Part shown: positions 1 through 14,342 of the stretch, in pieces
How the letters are laid out: the number at the start of each line of letters is the position of its first letter
How positions within the stretch are numbered: position 1 is the first letter of the stretch
Assembly (NCBI GenBank): GCA_964035545.1
Contig: OZ037767.1
Location: 27,792,628-27,856,627 of the forward strand
Source of the DNA: Bugula neritina
Taxonomy: Eukaryota; Animalia; Bryozoa
Length of the DNA stretch: 64,000 nucleotides
Reading direction: 5' to 3'
Made by a program: the position numbers and the translations under genes
The notes under the pieces: model-generated
What the model saw: the letters and a program-made list of their open reading frames with translations, nothing else
Database searches by the model: none
What the model was told of the DNA's origin: nothing

Positions 1-3000
1 TTGTTATCGCTGCGTCTCATTATCAAAATGTGTCCAGCAGAGAAAGTAACTAGTTTATCGGAGAGATGCTTGCCAATTTTGGAAAGTTCTGCATTTTGGA
101 AGTTTGCCAATCACAATAACCGTTCGGTAGGACAGTTTCTCATTCTATTTTATATTTAAATAGTAATAATTTATATATTTAAAATTAATATATACAATAC
201 TGTAAATCAACACTTTAGCTAGTTTAGTTTTGCAGGTCAAAGCCTCATTCTTCAGTCTGCTTGCATCATTAATTTCCGATTTACCAAAATTAGCCAATGA
301 AAAGGCGGATAAATTATGCCCAGTTGTCCTCTCTCGACTTGGTGAAAATGACCCTCTGGTTTGCCCAAGTTTATGGGAGGCGGTTCACAGTGTTACCAGC
401 ATTCAGGTATTAAATATACTTTATGTCTTCACTGTATTGGAACTTTATGCTATTACGATATTATTATATTACTATATTACTAATCTATATTACGATATTA
501 TTGTCTCATTTAGTGAATGCTTTACTTCTGTAGCATGGTATCGTCTTATGAATTATATATACACAAAGTCAAGGCATAAATATCTCCACTTTCAGGCTAA
601 TGCAATAATTGCCACTTGTAACAAGAGCAATGAATTAACACAGTTTTCATTGGTTATTCAATATTAGATTGTAACTACAATAATTTTGAATAATATCTGC
701 CAAAATATATTATGTAGCTCAGCTGTGCTAATATTTATATATGTTCAATGTTTGAATTAGATTTATCTACTCTCTGTGAACCCAAGTTACCTAATGACTT
801 CAGCTGGTCAGTCTATATCTTCCGTTTTGTTGCAGGGTTTTTGGAAGCATGTGAACTTGCGCAAGGCCATGTTGCCAGGCCTCTGGTCGACCTTGAAAAC
901 AGGGTTTGATGGTAATGCCGCGGCAGCAGCAGGCAAATTCTGTATCTTAATCAAGTTGCTGCCGCCCGATGCTTCTGGAAGTCCACATGAGTTTTATTCT
1001 CTGCTTTTCTCTCATCTCAGCTCCGGGTAATAATAATACTCGTACTATATGCTATGTACTATATAATATGTACTATATGCTATGTACTATATGCTATGTA
1101 CTATGTACTATATGCTATGTACTATATGCTATGTACTATATGCTATATACTATGTACTATATGCTATGTACTACATACTATATACTATGTACTATATGCT
1201 ATGTACTATATGCTATATACTATGTACTATATGCTATGTACTATATGCTATATACTATGTACTATATGCTATGTACTATGTACTATATGCTATGTACTAT
1301 ATGCTATGTACTATGTACTATATGCTGTGTACTATATACTATGTACTATATGCTATGTACTATATGCTATATATACTATATGCTATGTACTACATACTAT
1401 ATGCTATATGCTGTGTACTATGTACTATATGCTATGTACTATATACTATGTACTATATACTATATACTATATACTATGTACTATATGCTATATACTATGT
1501 ACTATATACTATATACTATATGCATTAGGTATAGAAGTATAGTATATGGCTTCTAGACACCCTAGACTAGATTATATGCAATACATACTAAGATTGTTCT
1601 TTATTTCTCATGCAGAGTTATAGCCAATAAACAAGATGTCTACGTGTCTATACCTTTGTTTGTATTACAGATTGTGTTTAGACAAAGTGCAGAGGTCTAG
1701 CAAGGAGCTGAACTGCCTAGTATTAGCGTACATGCAATGTATCGAGATAGTCACTGACTGGTGCGCCAGTAACGAGGACTTTGATTTGCTTGAAGAGATT
1801 CTGGGGACACAGGTAGGGGCAGGCTATTTTTGTGAGACTCATTTGTATATCTAATCTGGTCTCCAACCTACAAGAGTTTATAGCTCCTCCATTTAGTTTA
1901 TAAAATAACAATACGTTTATTAGACGTGTTCTTTCTTTCAAATCTTAGACCTTGCTTTTAGAATTCCCATATTTTTAATTTAATCAGCAACTCTCATTCT
2001 GGTGAGTGTTGCAAAGCATTCAACAGCAACAGCAGTTTTTGTTATCATCTGCCATTCTAGAGTTTTATTTTAAATTTTATAAAAACTATTTTTGCAATTT
2101 AGTTTGTGGCAGAATAAGTAAGGAGATATTTATATTACCTATTTCCACTTTTAGTAAAACTATCACCATTTTAAGATTCTAAATTAAGCCCTACAGCTTA
2201 GAAAATTTATGATTTTTTTCTAATTCATTCGTATTATAAGCCTTTGCATTGTGTTTCAGATGTTTGGTATTTTGGAGAAAGCACTGATGCAGCCAGAGAA
2301 AGGACTAAGTAAATCCTGCTTGTTTGACGAGTTTGCCAAATTTGTTTTGAGTTTTGGTTCTCAGGCCAAAAGTTCTTCAGACAGGTTAGAGTTGTCTTTT
2401 CTATATTGAATATTATGTAACATTGAGTCAGGCTGTGGTTGTGACATTGTCGCCTATTATGACCAGTGAGTGATCGTTGTTTGTGGTCAGTGAACAGGCA
2501 CTAACTCTGACCAAAAATGTGTACATGTATCTCTTCCGCTCAATCATATGTCAAGTATTAGGCTTAGACTTGGGAAATATCACTTACGAGAAACATTGAC
2601 TGAGGGCCGGGCCGGAACCCGCCCAATTTTTAGATCTCTACTACCAACCATGTGCTGTTTTTTCTCCATTTGTTTGCATTATTTTGATTATTCTTTTTTA
2701 TTTAGAGCTGCAGAGTGCTATGGTTGTGCTAGAGACCAGTGCTGGGAAAACCTGAGTTCACTTGCCAAGACGTGTGTGACCTCGTCTCACGGCTACAGCA
2801 TGACGAGGTAAACCGACCTTTCTACAATCACATCTCTCTAATCATCTAATGACATCTGTTTCAGTGTAATTCGTGTAATTTTCTAGTGCTTTACAACTGG
2901 TGAGACTACAAGTAGAGGTTGACTCAGTGAACTGTCTGTGTTGTAGGCTCGTATCACTGCTAAGGTCAATCATACTAAACCCAGAGGAAAAGACCAGCAA

Positions 3001-6000
3001 AGCCAGATCTGTAGGCTTTGGTAAAGCGAGCACTGCTCAAGTGGAGTCTGAGACGGAGTTGTCTTCCAAAGAGAAGTTGTCTCCTCACCACGCAGAGCTG
3101 GACAGGACAGTGGAATTAGTTGCTGATGTCAGTTCGCGGTGTATAACTGAGAGTATAAGAAAACCAAATATTGTCAGGTCTGTATACACTTCTGTCTTTA
3201 TTTCATCCAATATGGTTCGCAATGACAATAGTATCTGTTGACTGATTACATTTATTCAATGTTGAAAGCAGGTAGAAGTTGTCATCCCATTCTGTTGTAT
3301 ATGAAGTATTATATCAGTTATAGCTGTGTATGTAATTGCTAGGTTTTCTCTAACTCTGATTCTATGTGGATAGTTTCAGCGTGCTAGTATAAAAGGTGGT
3401 TAGTTTACAGTATGTCTGGTTGAACAAACTTGTAGTCTCATTACTTTTGTTTTGAATATTAAGTATTCTGTAACTGACTGAGTGAAGTACAACTACCGTT
3501 TCCTCTGTAATGTCACCTTCAGTTGTAGAACTGCAATGTATTATGCCAGTTATAGTTCACAAATTATTCTTTCTTTCAGGGATGCAGTGCTGCTTTGTCA
3601 ACTGTGTGGGTCAGAGTCATTTTATACAAAGTTGGCCGAATATCAGGGTAAAGCCGGGGTTGAGGATCTTGTTGATAGCTGCGTGAAGCTTTGTAAGATC
3701 GGTGATTGGCAAAGCTACAGTAAACTCATCATCCTCATGACTGAGTATATTGACAGAGATTCAGCTCTGTACTCTCTTGTTAGCCTCACCGAAGTGAGTG
3801 CTTTTAAATTTCTCTTTCTACTCATACCATGAAAATTTATTTTTAAAACATACATCTAATAAAGTAGCCTTCATCATGTATAAACCTATGTGTAGGACAG
3901 TTTATGAAAAATACATGCAAGAGATTTATTGATCTGCCAATTTGCTAATGCCTGGCTTATTAATAGAAATTGTACATCAGTGAAATGTTAAGTAGCTTTT
4001 TTAAGGGAATTTTCTTTTAGGAGAAGGCAACTTTGAAGCTATACAATATATTTTTTAAAACAAATTCTTATCGCAACCTTTTATTTTAGCTCCAATCACA
4101 TTTCCATAACACTTGAACTACTGTCTACTCCAAGTCCAATAATACTTCATTTGTTACTCCAGTACTCCACACATCTTTCCATTCATTTCCTACACGACCT
4201 CTCTAATATTCCTGGTCATCTTTACTACTTCTTTAGTGAGGCCTGCCCTCATCACTAGCACTTCTCCTCTGTTCTTGCTCCTAGTAACATGGTTACTAGT
4301 GTACAGTATAATTTTAGTCCCCTTTCTACAGAATGTGTATAAATGTTCATTTCTTTAGGTTTACCAGTTGAAGAACATGGACTACTTGCTGAAACTGGTC
4401 CTCTCTGCTGATTGGTTAAAAGAGATAGTCTCTAGATGGCTCTCACATGACTCGTTTATATCACATGTGCATTCACTGCGAGGGTTGTTTGAGTGTATTC
4501 CACAGACAGATGTACCGACAATATCTAGCTGTGTTTCTTTCTTCAAGACATATCTGCCAGTCTCAAATCCAGGTTTATCTCAATAACTTTGATCTGGTCA
4601 TACAGATTGCTTCTTTACTAATTACTAACACAAAAACTATATAATATTATGATACATATACTTATACAAATATATATTTAATATATATACTTATATAAAT
4701 GCTATATAATATATATTTTTATAAATAATAATATAATAGTATATATGATTGCATAGTTATATCATATGTATTATACTTATATAGATGCTATATAATATGT
4801 ACTTATATAAAAATACTATCATATATATGGTAACATAGAGGGCTATATCATATGTACTTAAAGAAAATAACATACTTCATTTGATTACCTTGTAGACAGT
4901 GAATCATTTCACCAGTTATGTGAAGTAATGCAGAGAAGGGCGTTGGCTGAGTTGTTGACTACAGATAGCACTGAGCTCTTCCGTGTTCTGTGTGACTGTA
5001 TTGATGCTATGCTCAGTCACAGTATACCAGTAGACGTCAGTGTACTCAGCTCCAATGTCATTCAAAGACTAACCACGACTTCACCAAAAGGTAGACTTCA
5101 GTTACATGTAGGCTAGTGTTTTTCTGTAGATTCTAATTATTGTACCTGATGAGCATTTTCTACGATAAGTGATCAATAAGTTGTCTCCAATCTCATAATT
5201 ATGTTATAAGAAATATCATTTTAATAATATGTCAACTTTTATTTGTTAATGTTCAGCATTTTCTAAAGTGAGTAATATTTTGTTTCTCATTTCAATTTTC
5301 AAAATTATGTTATCTTGTTCTAAAAATATACCAACTTCAAGCATCAGGAAATATCATGTCGTAAAAAGAGACATTCTCTCATGCCTCTCTGTTCCGTACT
5401 AATACGTGCCGATCGCTAATTCTTTGTCGTATTCTCTGCAGATGAATGTCTAGACGCTGCCTTGGCGCTGCTGACTAAGCTGCTAGGTCAAGACAGCGCT
5501 GCCCTCCCACATATCCTCCCGTCTATCAAGTCAGCGCTAGACACATCAGGAAGTGATGTCACCAGGTTCTCACTGATCTCTAGATTGTGCTGTCAGATGT
5601 CTCCATCATTGCCCGAAGACTTCATTGATCTTCTCCTGAAGGATATAGCGGAAAATACAGAAGACACGCAGCTACTCAAAGTATGTGTTCTTTGAGCCGG
5701 CTAGTTCCGAGTTCTGGTATATAATAGAGCTGACCATCTTATGCATGTAACTCAATGAGAATTTAATGTGTTGTTATTTATCCATGTGTGCTGTTACTAA
5801 AAAACTCACGCAAGTTTATAGTCGCTATCTCTGTGAGAAACCAGTGATGGGAAGGGTTTTTGTTGAAGCGGGCTAAGGACTTATTTAGATTGGGCACAAG
5901 AGCAATTATGACTGGATGCTCTTCCTAACATCACCAATGGCCTTTGTCGGGGTTCGAACCCATGACTTCGTGTTTACTAGGCCAACGCTCTAACTCCTAG

Positions 6001-9000
6001 ACTACGGCTGCTCCCTCCATGTGTGCTGTTACTGATGTATAGTAATGTATATTGGATAGTAATATGTTGTAATAATCATTGCAGGGGCCCTATGTGATCT
6101 TAGCATGTGCTAAGTACTTGCAGGTTCTTGTTTAAAGCTCCTGTGTGTCAAAGCTGGTGACATCTATAGGTCTGTTAGTAGAGGTTATACTATATGTGTT
6201 GTAGTGGCTGTCCATTCAGGCAATGCAGGGATACCTGGTGCTAGATGATACGTCATGTTATATGGACTTCAAAGTGTACGATGTTCATCAGTCCTCTCCT
6301 TCCATCATAACCTATATACTCTTTGCATCCGAGTATCTCCACCATATCAAGCAAAGTCAGTATATCTTCATCTTATTTTGGTTCTAGTAGACTGTCACCT
6401 GTCTCTCTGCAAAGTGACATGTTTAATAATATCGTACTGTAATCCTTTAGGGATTCATAGTTTCTCCACATGGCAGGTTGTTGTGAAATCAAAGTGACTA
6501 TGTCTTTGTTATATCTGCTTTTTTATGCGGTGCCTCAGGGTTTTCACTTAAATATACTAAGTTTTTTTGCCAAGACATGAACAGAAAGTTGGACTGTTTT
6601 GCATTAATGTAATTCAAATGTCTAATGAGTGAGAGACGTTCTTGGCAGGCCCCGCCTCCCTTAGCACCGCCCTCCACAGGCATCTAGCGGCAGCACACAT
6701 GTGGCTCACTTGGCTCTGCCCCAAAAAGAGTTCGCTGCCAGCTGACTCTAGTATTGTGACACCAGCTGACCAGTTGACACCAGCTGACTGCGATGGGCAG
6801 ACAGCTGACAAGGTTGTGTCAGCGGATAGACTCTCTAGGTTAGAGTATTGGATGTCGGATAAGGAGAAAAACGGGAAAACATGTGTTGAGCTGATGAACA
6901 CCGGGTATGTATTCCTCTGTCATCACTCATTCCTTTGTGTCTATAAGTAAATGTATCATAAGTAAATATTACGTATACAATATATTTAGTTATGAGATGA
7001 TGGTTGCCAATACAGAGTAATTATACTACCAGAGAAGGCCGTATGCAGTTCCTGGTCTATTTTGAAACTCAAATATAGCTCTAAAGGCGTTTTATTGCGT
7101 TCCAATACACTTACACTTTACTTACGCTTCACTTACATTGTACTTACATTTTACTAAACTAAACATGATAATCTGTATATCAATACAGTATATTATATAA
7201 CATTATGTACAGAAATATAGCATGATGTCTGTGGAAGAATGTACTGTGCTGTATATAGGATATGAAAAGCATTGCCTCAGTGAGTTGATATGCTACAATA
7301 AGCCTACTAAAGCTGTGCATGATTTTCCCATTCACAGGAACAGTGTTCTGGATAGCCTCGTTCTCTACGCAGCTGCTAGCAATCTCCCAACGGAGTTTGA
7401 TGCTACACTGGGTGCTCAGGCTACCCTGTACATGTCAACATTTGAAGAACTGGACGAGGGGAAGTTCCAGTGTCTGAACGCTATTTCTCATCTGATATCT
7501 GCACAGGAAGCGGCCGAGTTACTGGACCTGGTCGCAGCTCGTCTCATATCTGTTAAACTAGGTTTGTTGTTGCTAGGTCACACACTGCTTTGTTTCGGCT
7601 CGTATCACTTTTGAGTTACTATTCAGTTGTGAGTGATTTGAGATCTTCAGTTTGCTCAACACTTAGTCTGTTTCTGGGGTTTCAATGCAAGGACTGCAAC
7701 TATTAGCCTTCTTAATCAAGGTTGACTGACAGATTTATATATCTTCTCTAGTAGTTAGTTGATTCTTCGTATCTTACAGTAACATATTGTCATAAGTACT
7801 ACTAAATAGTATATATAGTCAAATATTGTCATGTTCTTAAAGTGTCATGTATTACCACATAAAACCATTTAGCATCATATAATATCATATAGTGTCATAT
7901 ATTACCATATAGTACTATATATTACCATGTAGTATCATATAATGTAATATTGCCAACCATTTGTATTTTATTGTCTAATCAAAACCTGCAGCTGTTATCA
8001 GAGAATAGCAATAATGAGGAGTTGTGCTACTCCGTGTAAACCCTGTTTGATGTAGCCACTTTCTTACTGCTATAGTTTGTTTTCTACTGCAGAGGAAGTG
8101 GATTGGGGTTGGAGGGGAGTGACTGGTCTCCTACATCTAGCTACTGTGCTCATTGGTAGACAAGGGACAGAAAACTCCCAATCAGAAAAGATCCTCAGTA
8201 TTTTAGACGTAGTATCAGATATGAAAGCAGAGTTTCCTCACCAGCTTATATGTGAGAAGTATGTACAAATTTTTTTGCGTTTTTGGACTTCGCAGAAATA
8301 TTTTAACCATTGAAAATGATATTCAAAAATGGTTTGATTTCTTGTGATTGGCTGTAATGCATTGCTACTCTGTGTGTTTGTTTTATATACTCGATCTCTG
8401 CACTTAGGTACCCATATATGTGGGAGGTGGATAGAAGTAATCGACTAGAGCTCAATGTATCTCTGATTAGACTCAGCTCAGCAGTGTTGAAGTTGTGTTC
8501 TCACCATTTGACTAGCAAACAGTGGGACCAGCTGCTCTGTACGTTGGATAGTTGGGTGGGAGAGGAGAAGTGTGTAAGTAAACTTGGCTATACTTGACTC
8601 TACTTGACTATGCTTGGCTATACTTGGCTCTACTTGACTATACTTGACTCTAGTCCTCTTTCAGTTGTCAAAATATTCTTTATTAGGGGCCATAGTTTGA
8701 AGTATTTTACTTTTTTAGCCGTTCTACAGTGCAGAATTCTTTTTTGCGTTAAATGTGTTTTTCTATATTAGTGGAACGCTTGAAATTAACTGAATTCACT
8801 CATGCATAATGTGTGAAATCTACTCTGCAAAGTAAAATATAGTTTCAACCTATTTATTGTATTTACTAGACAGTTCTGGCATTTGACATCTATATCTAAA
8901 AATATATTGTTTTTACTTCTTCTCAGAGAAACTCAAGGTTTCTAATGATACATGAATAGAGTATCAGAATGTTAAGCTGTTTAAGACTATCTCTTAGTCT

Positions 9001-12000
9001 CTGTCTGTCTGTCTCACTGATGGTAATAGTAATCACTCTTTGCTACACTTTGATACAATAGAGAATGTTCAACACTGGGAGTTGTATACTCTTTCTGTTT
9101 GTACTACTAGATGCTGCCCACTGAGCTCTCAGTCTACCATAACCAGCTGTACGTATGTAATGTGCTGAAAGCTGTTGCAACGGCTGGCCAGTCTATGAAA
9201 GCTGTATCAACTTCACCATCTCTTTACCCTAAAGACTTGCTGTCAGAGTGGGTGGAGTTACACGCTCTCTCCATATTCAACACCCTGCTGCCGTATTTCA
9301 TCAGCAAAGTTGGTATGTCTGCTATTCATGTAGAAGAATGTTATCTGCTATATTGAGCCATAAACACCCAGTAGGTTGTGTTAACTTGTATGGTCAGTCC
9401 TATGTTGAACTACTATTCTTATTAGTTCAATGTATCAATAAATCTTTCGATGATCACATGTATTGAAAAGTTTGCTAGAATTTTCTTACTACAATTAATT
9501 GCAACATATTGTACATGTATATATTTCATACTGGTGATGTTTCATTCATTGCAATAATCATTATACATTATATACATAATTTTATTTTCTTTCTAGAGCA
9601 ACTGAGTACATCAGCCATGACTGCTCAGCAGGTGTATATAACATACTGTCTTAGTAAAGCTCACCTCTACTGCCCAACTGATAATGTACGCAAAAACTCG
9701 CTGCCTACTAAACTGGTGCCCGGCAGCACCCACCATCTGCCCTCAGAGTTTGAATCAGCGTTGAACCACCTTGTGCCTCTCCTGCTGTCACCGTCTGCTG
9801 TCGTACAGAGCAGCGCCTTCGTGCTCCTCAACCAGTGAGTGTCTTCTCTTCTCAATGCCAGTGATCTTGGAATGGGACCGTTTAGTGCTTTGTCACATTG
9901 ATAACTAATTGCTATTCAGTGATGTTATTAACTTAGTATACAAGCTTCTTAAATTACATTATTGGATGTGTTGAAATTGGTTGCTAATGGTTGTAAAATT
10001 GTAAGGTGATTGAAATCGCCATTGAAAGTGAAGAAACACAGTAAACATACCTTTTATTAATTGTCTCATGGAGGTACAATTATTTTTTGTACAAAATTGT
10101 TTCAGCATTTAAGAGCCCAAATCAATGCTATTGTTACACTTCCACTAGTCACATATTTATTGCATTCAATGAATTCTTGACCTATTCCATCACAATCTTT
10201 GCCCTAAGGCTCACTCAAGCGAAATGTAGCATATGTTCTATCTAGTCTATGGTAACACGTGTCACTTATACTCCCTCCCGCCTTGTTCTGTTTAGCTTGG
10301 TGCCTGTTCTGCCTCTCTTTGACAACCAACCATTGGAGGGCGACGTGGAGGGTCGATGTCCTCCCCTCACCATCATCTCTATGATAGACCACTGCTCTGC
10401 CCAGCTGCTGTCACTGGTAGGGGGCACCAGAATCGGTGTGGACAAGCAACTGGATCTGCAGCTGGAGTCAGAGGAGCTCTTGTGTGTGAGAGGGTACTTT
10501 CTCACGTGGAGGTTACTTCTTAAATACCTGGAATATGCCAACCGCCAGGTAAGTCGGTAGCTCTTGTCATTTAATAGACTTCACTCTGTACATAGAATCA
10601 AGATGGCCGATGGGGGTTTTTACATATAATTTCATTTATTTTATATTTTTAATTTTGCAGAAATTTAAGAAAGAGTGAATCTTTGATTTATTTAAGAATT
10701 TTAAGAAGTGATGATATAATTATCTGTAAAACTTAGACATAAGTATATATTGCATAAAGTTTTACTCTTCATACAGATTAGGTAAGGCTAAATTTATATT
10801 AATAGGTGCATTCCTTTTCCTTGTGTAAATGATTAAACTGATTTGCTGGAACCAAACACCTCTAGACAGACATTGAAGAGAGTTTACACGGTGTACTAGA
10901 CAGAGATCAAGGAGTGGTGTACAAAGTACAAGCTCTTAGAGTTGGTTAGAGAGCACAACTCCTGTGGCCACAGTACATGACTCATAGACAAGTTGTATGA
11001 CATCATCATATGTGTTTCAGCAAATAGTGGAATATGCTCATCACCTGAAACAGAACCATTATACTGATGACTTACTACTGATCTTGTTCAATGTGCTGCC
11101 GCTGGATAAACCGCTGCCTAACGGTGACACATTCAACTTCAACATGCACCTCAACCTTGATGGTTAGTACATTTCAAGCTGATTATTCACAAGTCTTGTG
11201 CTTAAATGTATGAGTATGTAATAATAGTATTCAGTTTTTACCTGCTGGACCTTGTCATGTTTAGTCAGTAGCAAAGTGTTGGCTAGGGCTTATTGTGTAC
11301 AATATTCTGTTTCAATGTAGAAGTGTTTGACATGACTGAAGTGATAGCCATTGCTAGTCCAGTTTATTATCATCTTGTCAAGATACTACCAGCTCTGGTC
11401 AGGGCGTGGCATCTGGATTTGGAGAAACGGGCCAACGCTATTGTCGACAGGTTATCTCTTTATTCATTTGTAATTTAGCACTTTTTTCCTACAAATTAAC
11501 CAGTTGAATGAATTTTTTTTTCTATAAAAAGAAACACGATTACAAGTAATACCCCATCTAGCTTAGGATGCCTGACATTTTGCAATATAGGATGAGTTAT
11601 AATTTTTGAAGTTCAGTTTGTTTTCTAATCTGTAATATTTTGTAATATATAGTAATATGTTTTAATATATTACTATACATTAGTAATAGTACTATAATCA
11701 GTAATATATAGTAATTAGTAATCGACTTCCAGTCAATAATCAGTAATCTGGTAATTCGTCATAGTTTTTCAATTAGTGTTTGAAATAGTTGTCTAATTAT
11801 TAATTTATAAATTTCTTTGATTCCAGTTGATGAAATTTGTTATGCTACATTGTATTGAAACACTTCTTGTTATTCCGAGAAATTATTTATTAGGTTCCGC
11901 TACCAAATATTAAACTGTAGATCCAAGTTTATGCAAGATGACACCTAGTCTCATGGACAATGTTACATTTTTGCTACAGGTTCACGTCCAAGTATATTTG

Positions 12001-13554
12001 TCCGAGGCTGTGCAAAGAGGAAATGGAGCAGGTATCCATACAGTCTCAACTGCAAAAGTCTGAGAATCTAACGGTGAGAGTTCGCTTCTCGTCCCGGGAG
12101 ATTGTGGCCACTTACACCCTGGAAGAGTTTTCTATTGAGTTACTTATTCTCCTCCCCACCAACTACCCGGTGGGCGTGACTTCTGTAGAATGTAGCAAGA
12201 AACTGGGCGTGGCTACCAGTGAATGGAGGAAATGGATGTTACAGTTGAATACGTTTCTTACCTACCAGGTGTGTTACACTGTATGTGATATGCTCTGCGA
12301 GTAGCATGATGGTATAATGTGTGTAGTTTTACGAGAGTCTGTTGTTTATGCAAAATATTAAAATACTCAAGTATATAATTGTAGTATAAACTCACTTTGA
12401 AGTACAAAGTTAAGGGTTGTCTGCTCTCCATTACTTATTAGATTTGTTATATTAAAACTTGTGCGCCAGAGAATAAGTTGTATTAAATAGAGACAAGAGC
12501 TTTGACTGCTTTATTGTGACTCAAATAATTGTATTTCAAAGGATGCTTGTAGAATATATTATTGTAGTGTGCAACTCATTGGTAGATCCCATGCTTTATA
12601 GTGACATGAAAATGTGTGATAGGACATTGTTGGGTACATTTATAATAAAACAATGTAGGAATTTTCCATCATCAATGTAAACCATTGCAGCTGTGTTTAT
12701 TAGACTGTCTAATCTACTGGTTTCCACCTACTAGAATAGCTCTGTTACCAATGCTATTAGCTTGTCCAATATATTAATGTCTATGCGCTAGAATGGCTCT
12801 GTTGCCAATGCTATTGGCCTGTGGAAAGATAATCTGGATAAGAAGTTTTCTGGCATTGAGGAGTGCTACATCTGCTACTCTGTTCTCCACGGCACTAACC
12901 TACAGCTGCCCAAGCAGCAGTGCAAGACCTGCAAGAAGAAGTTCCACTCAGCATGTCTGGTGGGTGTTGTCTTATCATGTCACTTTGTTTATGTTATGTC
13001 AGCTGCAACTCTTCTAGTATTTTAGTACTGCACAGTCGAGTGTTTGTTGAGATTTTACTAAGTGATATGAGTATGATTTCATTACATGTGTTGCATTGTG
13101 TTCTCTCATGTGAAGATTATCTCCCCTGATCTATCATTTTAGATATACATCAAACCATTAAAGCTAATGGAATTTTTGATTACTGATAGTAGATATATTT
13201 TTGTTGATATAAGCTTTTGAAAAGTAAATTGAATTTATCCAAAACACATACTCTATAAATAGAATTTGTGAACTTGTTGTAAAGAGATTCACTGTTTGTA
13301 TTAGAACTAATAGCTAAGACAAGATGCAAGTTAAGTACAGTGGTATTTGAATACTAGTCTGCTTAGTTTAAATATATTATATAAATTATAAAGCAATAGG
13401 AAAATGTTTCTACTTCATTTATTTCTGATACAATGATTAACTGTATTGACATTACTTAATGTTATATTCATACATTGTTTCCTGTGTATTTCAGTACAAG
13501 TGGTTCACATCCAGTCAGAAGTCCACCTGCCCTCTGTGTAGAAACCTCTTTTGA
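1..13554 (+). CDS. LTN1: E3 ubiquitin ligase listerin (ribosome quality control), 5'-partial, 24 exons in window
   Basis: Phase-consistent exons 1-126, 236-406, 836-1026, 1671-1812, 2260-2384, 2706-2807, 2947-3177, 3580-3793, 4359-4572, 4896-5090, 5442-5680, 6205-6355, 6649-6904, 7338-7561, 8093-8258, 8408-8573, 9111-9312, 9597-9834, 10296-10548, 11021-11162, 11321-11450, 11980-12268, 12792-12959, 13495-13554. Contains LPALVRAW, an RWD domain ([12 protein letters not shown]...WRKWMLQL) and the C-terminal RING ([11 protein letters not shown]...[17 protein letters not shown]...CPLCRNLF*) typical of listerin. The middle helical exons are less certain. Confidence 0.96.
1040..1525. repeat. Compound minisatellite of 7-nt blocks (GTACTAT/ATGCTAT/ATACTAT) in an LTN1 intron
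   Basis: Tandem array directly visible; source of the Y/C/M-rich ORFs at 969-1556. Confidence 0.95.
5799..6015 (-). mobile_element. tRNA-Thr(AGT)-derived SINE, 217 bp, full length with 18-bp target-site duplication
   Basis: TCCATGTGTGCTGTTACT is repeated at 5781-5798 and 6016-6033. The minus-strand head GGGAGCAGCCGTAGTCTAGGAGTTAGAGCGTTGGCCTAGTAAACACGAAGTCATGGGTTCGAACCCC has A/B boxes and a CTAGTAA anticodon loop like tRNA-Thr(AGT). Confidence 0.9.
8582..8652. repeat. 10-bp tandem repeat (~7 copies, ACTTGRCTMT-like) just after an LTN1 donor
   Basis: Directly visible. Confidence 0.85.
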
Positions 13555-13899
13555 GCAGAACATTCAAGTGTGACTCGGGAATGAGACCAAATAGTTTCGA
13601 TGTTATACTAACTCAATATGGTGCAGTAAGGTTTTAAAGGAGGGTCTATTCTGAAGGTTTTGTTACATTACTTATGCCGACTAAGTGTTTTTACCTCTTG
13701 AAGATTATATAACGGAAGCATATAATTTTTGTTGAGATACTGCCTGATACTGCAGCCTTTGCTTCTAGACATGTAATTCCTAAAGGCCTGCTTATTATAT
13801 GCTCTTTTTGATTGAATGCATTTTGTATGTATTCCAGGTGTGCTCTCTAATGAATGAGTAATTATACAGTAGCAAACTAATATGCTATGTGTTTGCTAC

Positions 13900-13905
13900 A
13901 ATAAA
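13900..13905 (+). promoter_or_regulatory. Probable LTN1 polyadenylation signal AATAAA
   Basis: AATAAA ~350 nt after the LTN1 stop, followed by T-rich sequence. Confidence 0.5.
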
Positions 13906-14342
13906 TGTATTTTTCTATTTTAAAATAATCCATATAACATTTATATGTTAATATTTGAAAGTTGATTTAACGTTGAGGCTGCATAAAAATATTAACAAGA
14001 GATGTCTCAATTTGATATCTATGCTAATTTTAGCTATCATATGATATTCGAAATTTATACAAGGAAGAGCTAAAATATAATCAAAACAAATCAAAGAAAA
14101 TTCACATATAACTTGTGTCTGGTGAATGATTTCTATGCTTTTAATGTCAGTTTGTATGCAATTGGAAATAAATGTCCAAGCATCAGATTCTTGTGTTTTC
14201 CACCATCATAATGGCTGAATATGGTGGTGAGTTTACTATACATAGTCATACACCACATCTCTAGATGAGCACAAGTGTTGGGAACTGACTATTTGGCATA
14301 TCAATGTGAGTAATAACAATTCTTGATAACATCTGAGGAGTT

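Noticed and set aside
969-1556. Long Tyr/Cys/Met-rich ORFs (also at 23839-24154, 30616-30957, 31825-32225, 47260-47624)
   Set aside because: Stop-free frames of micro/minisatellites, not genes.
5941-6015. Functional tRNA-Thr gene
   Set aside because: Anticodon and acceptor stems pair poorly, and the sequence is the head of a TSD-flanked SINE.
6451-6610. Possible extra LTN1 exon
   Set aside because: No convincing open, phase-compatible exon; 6355>6649 already joins in frame.
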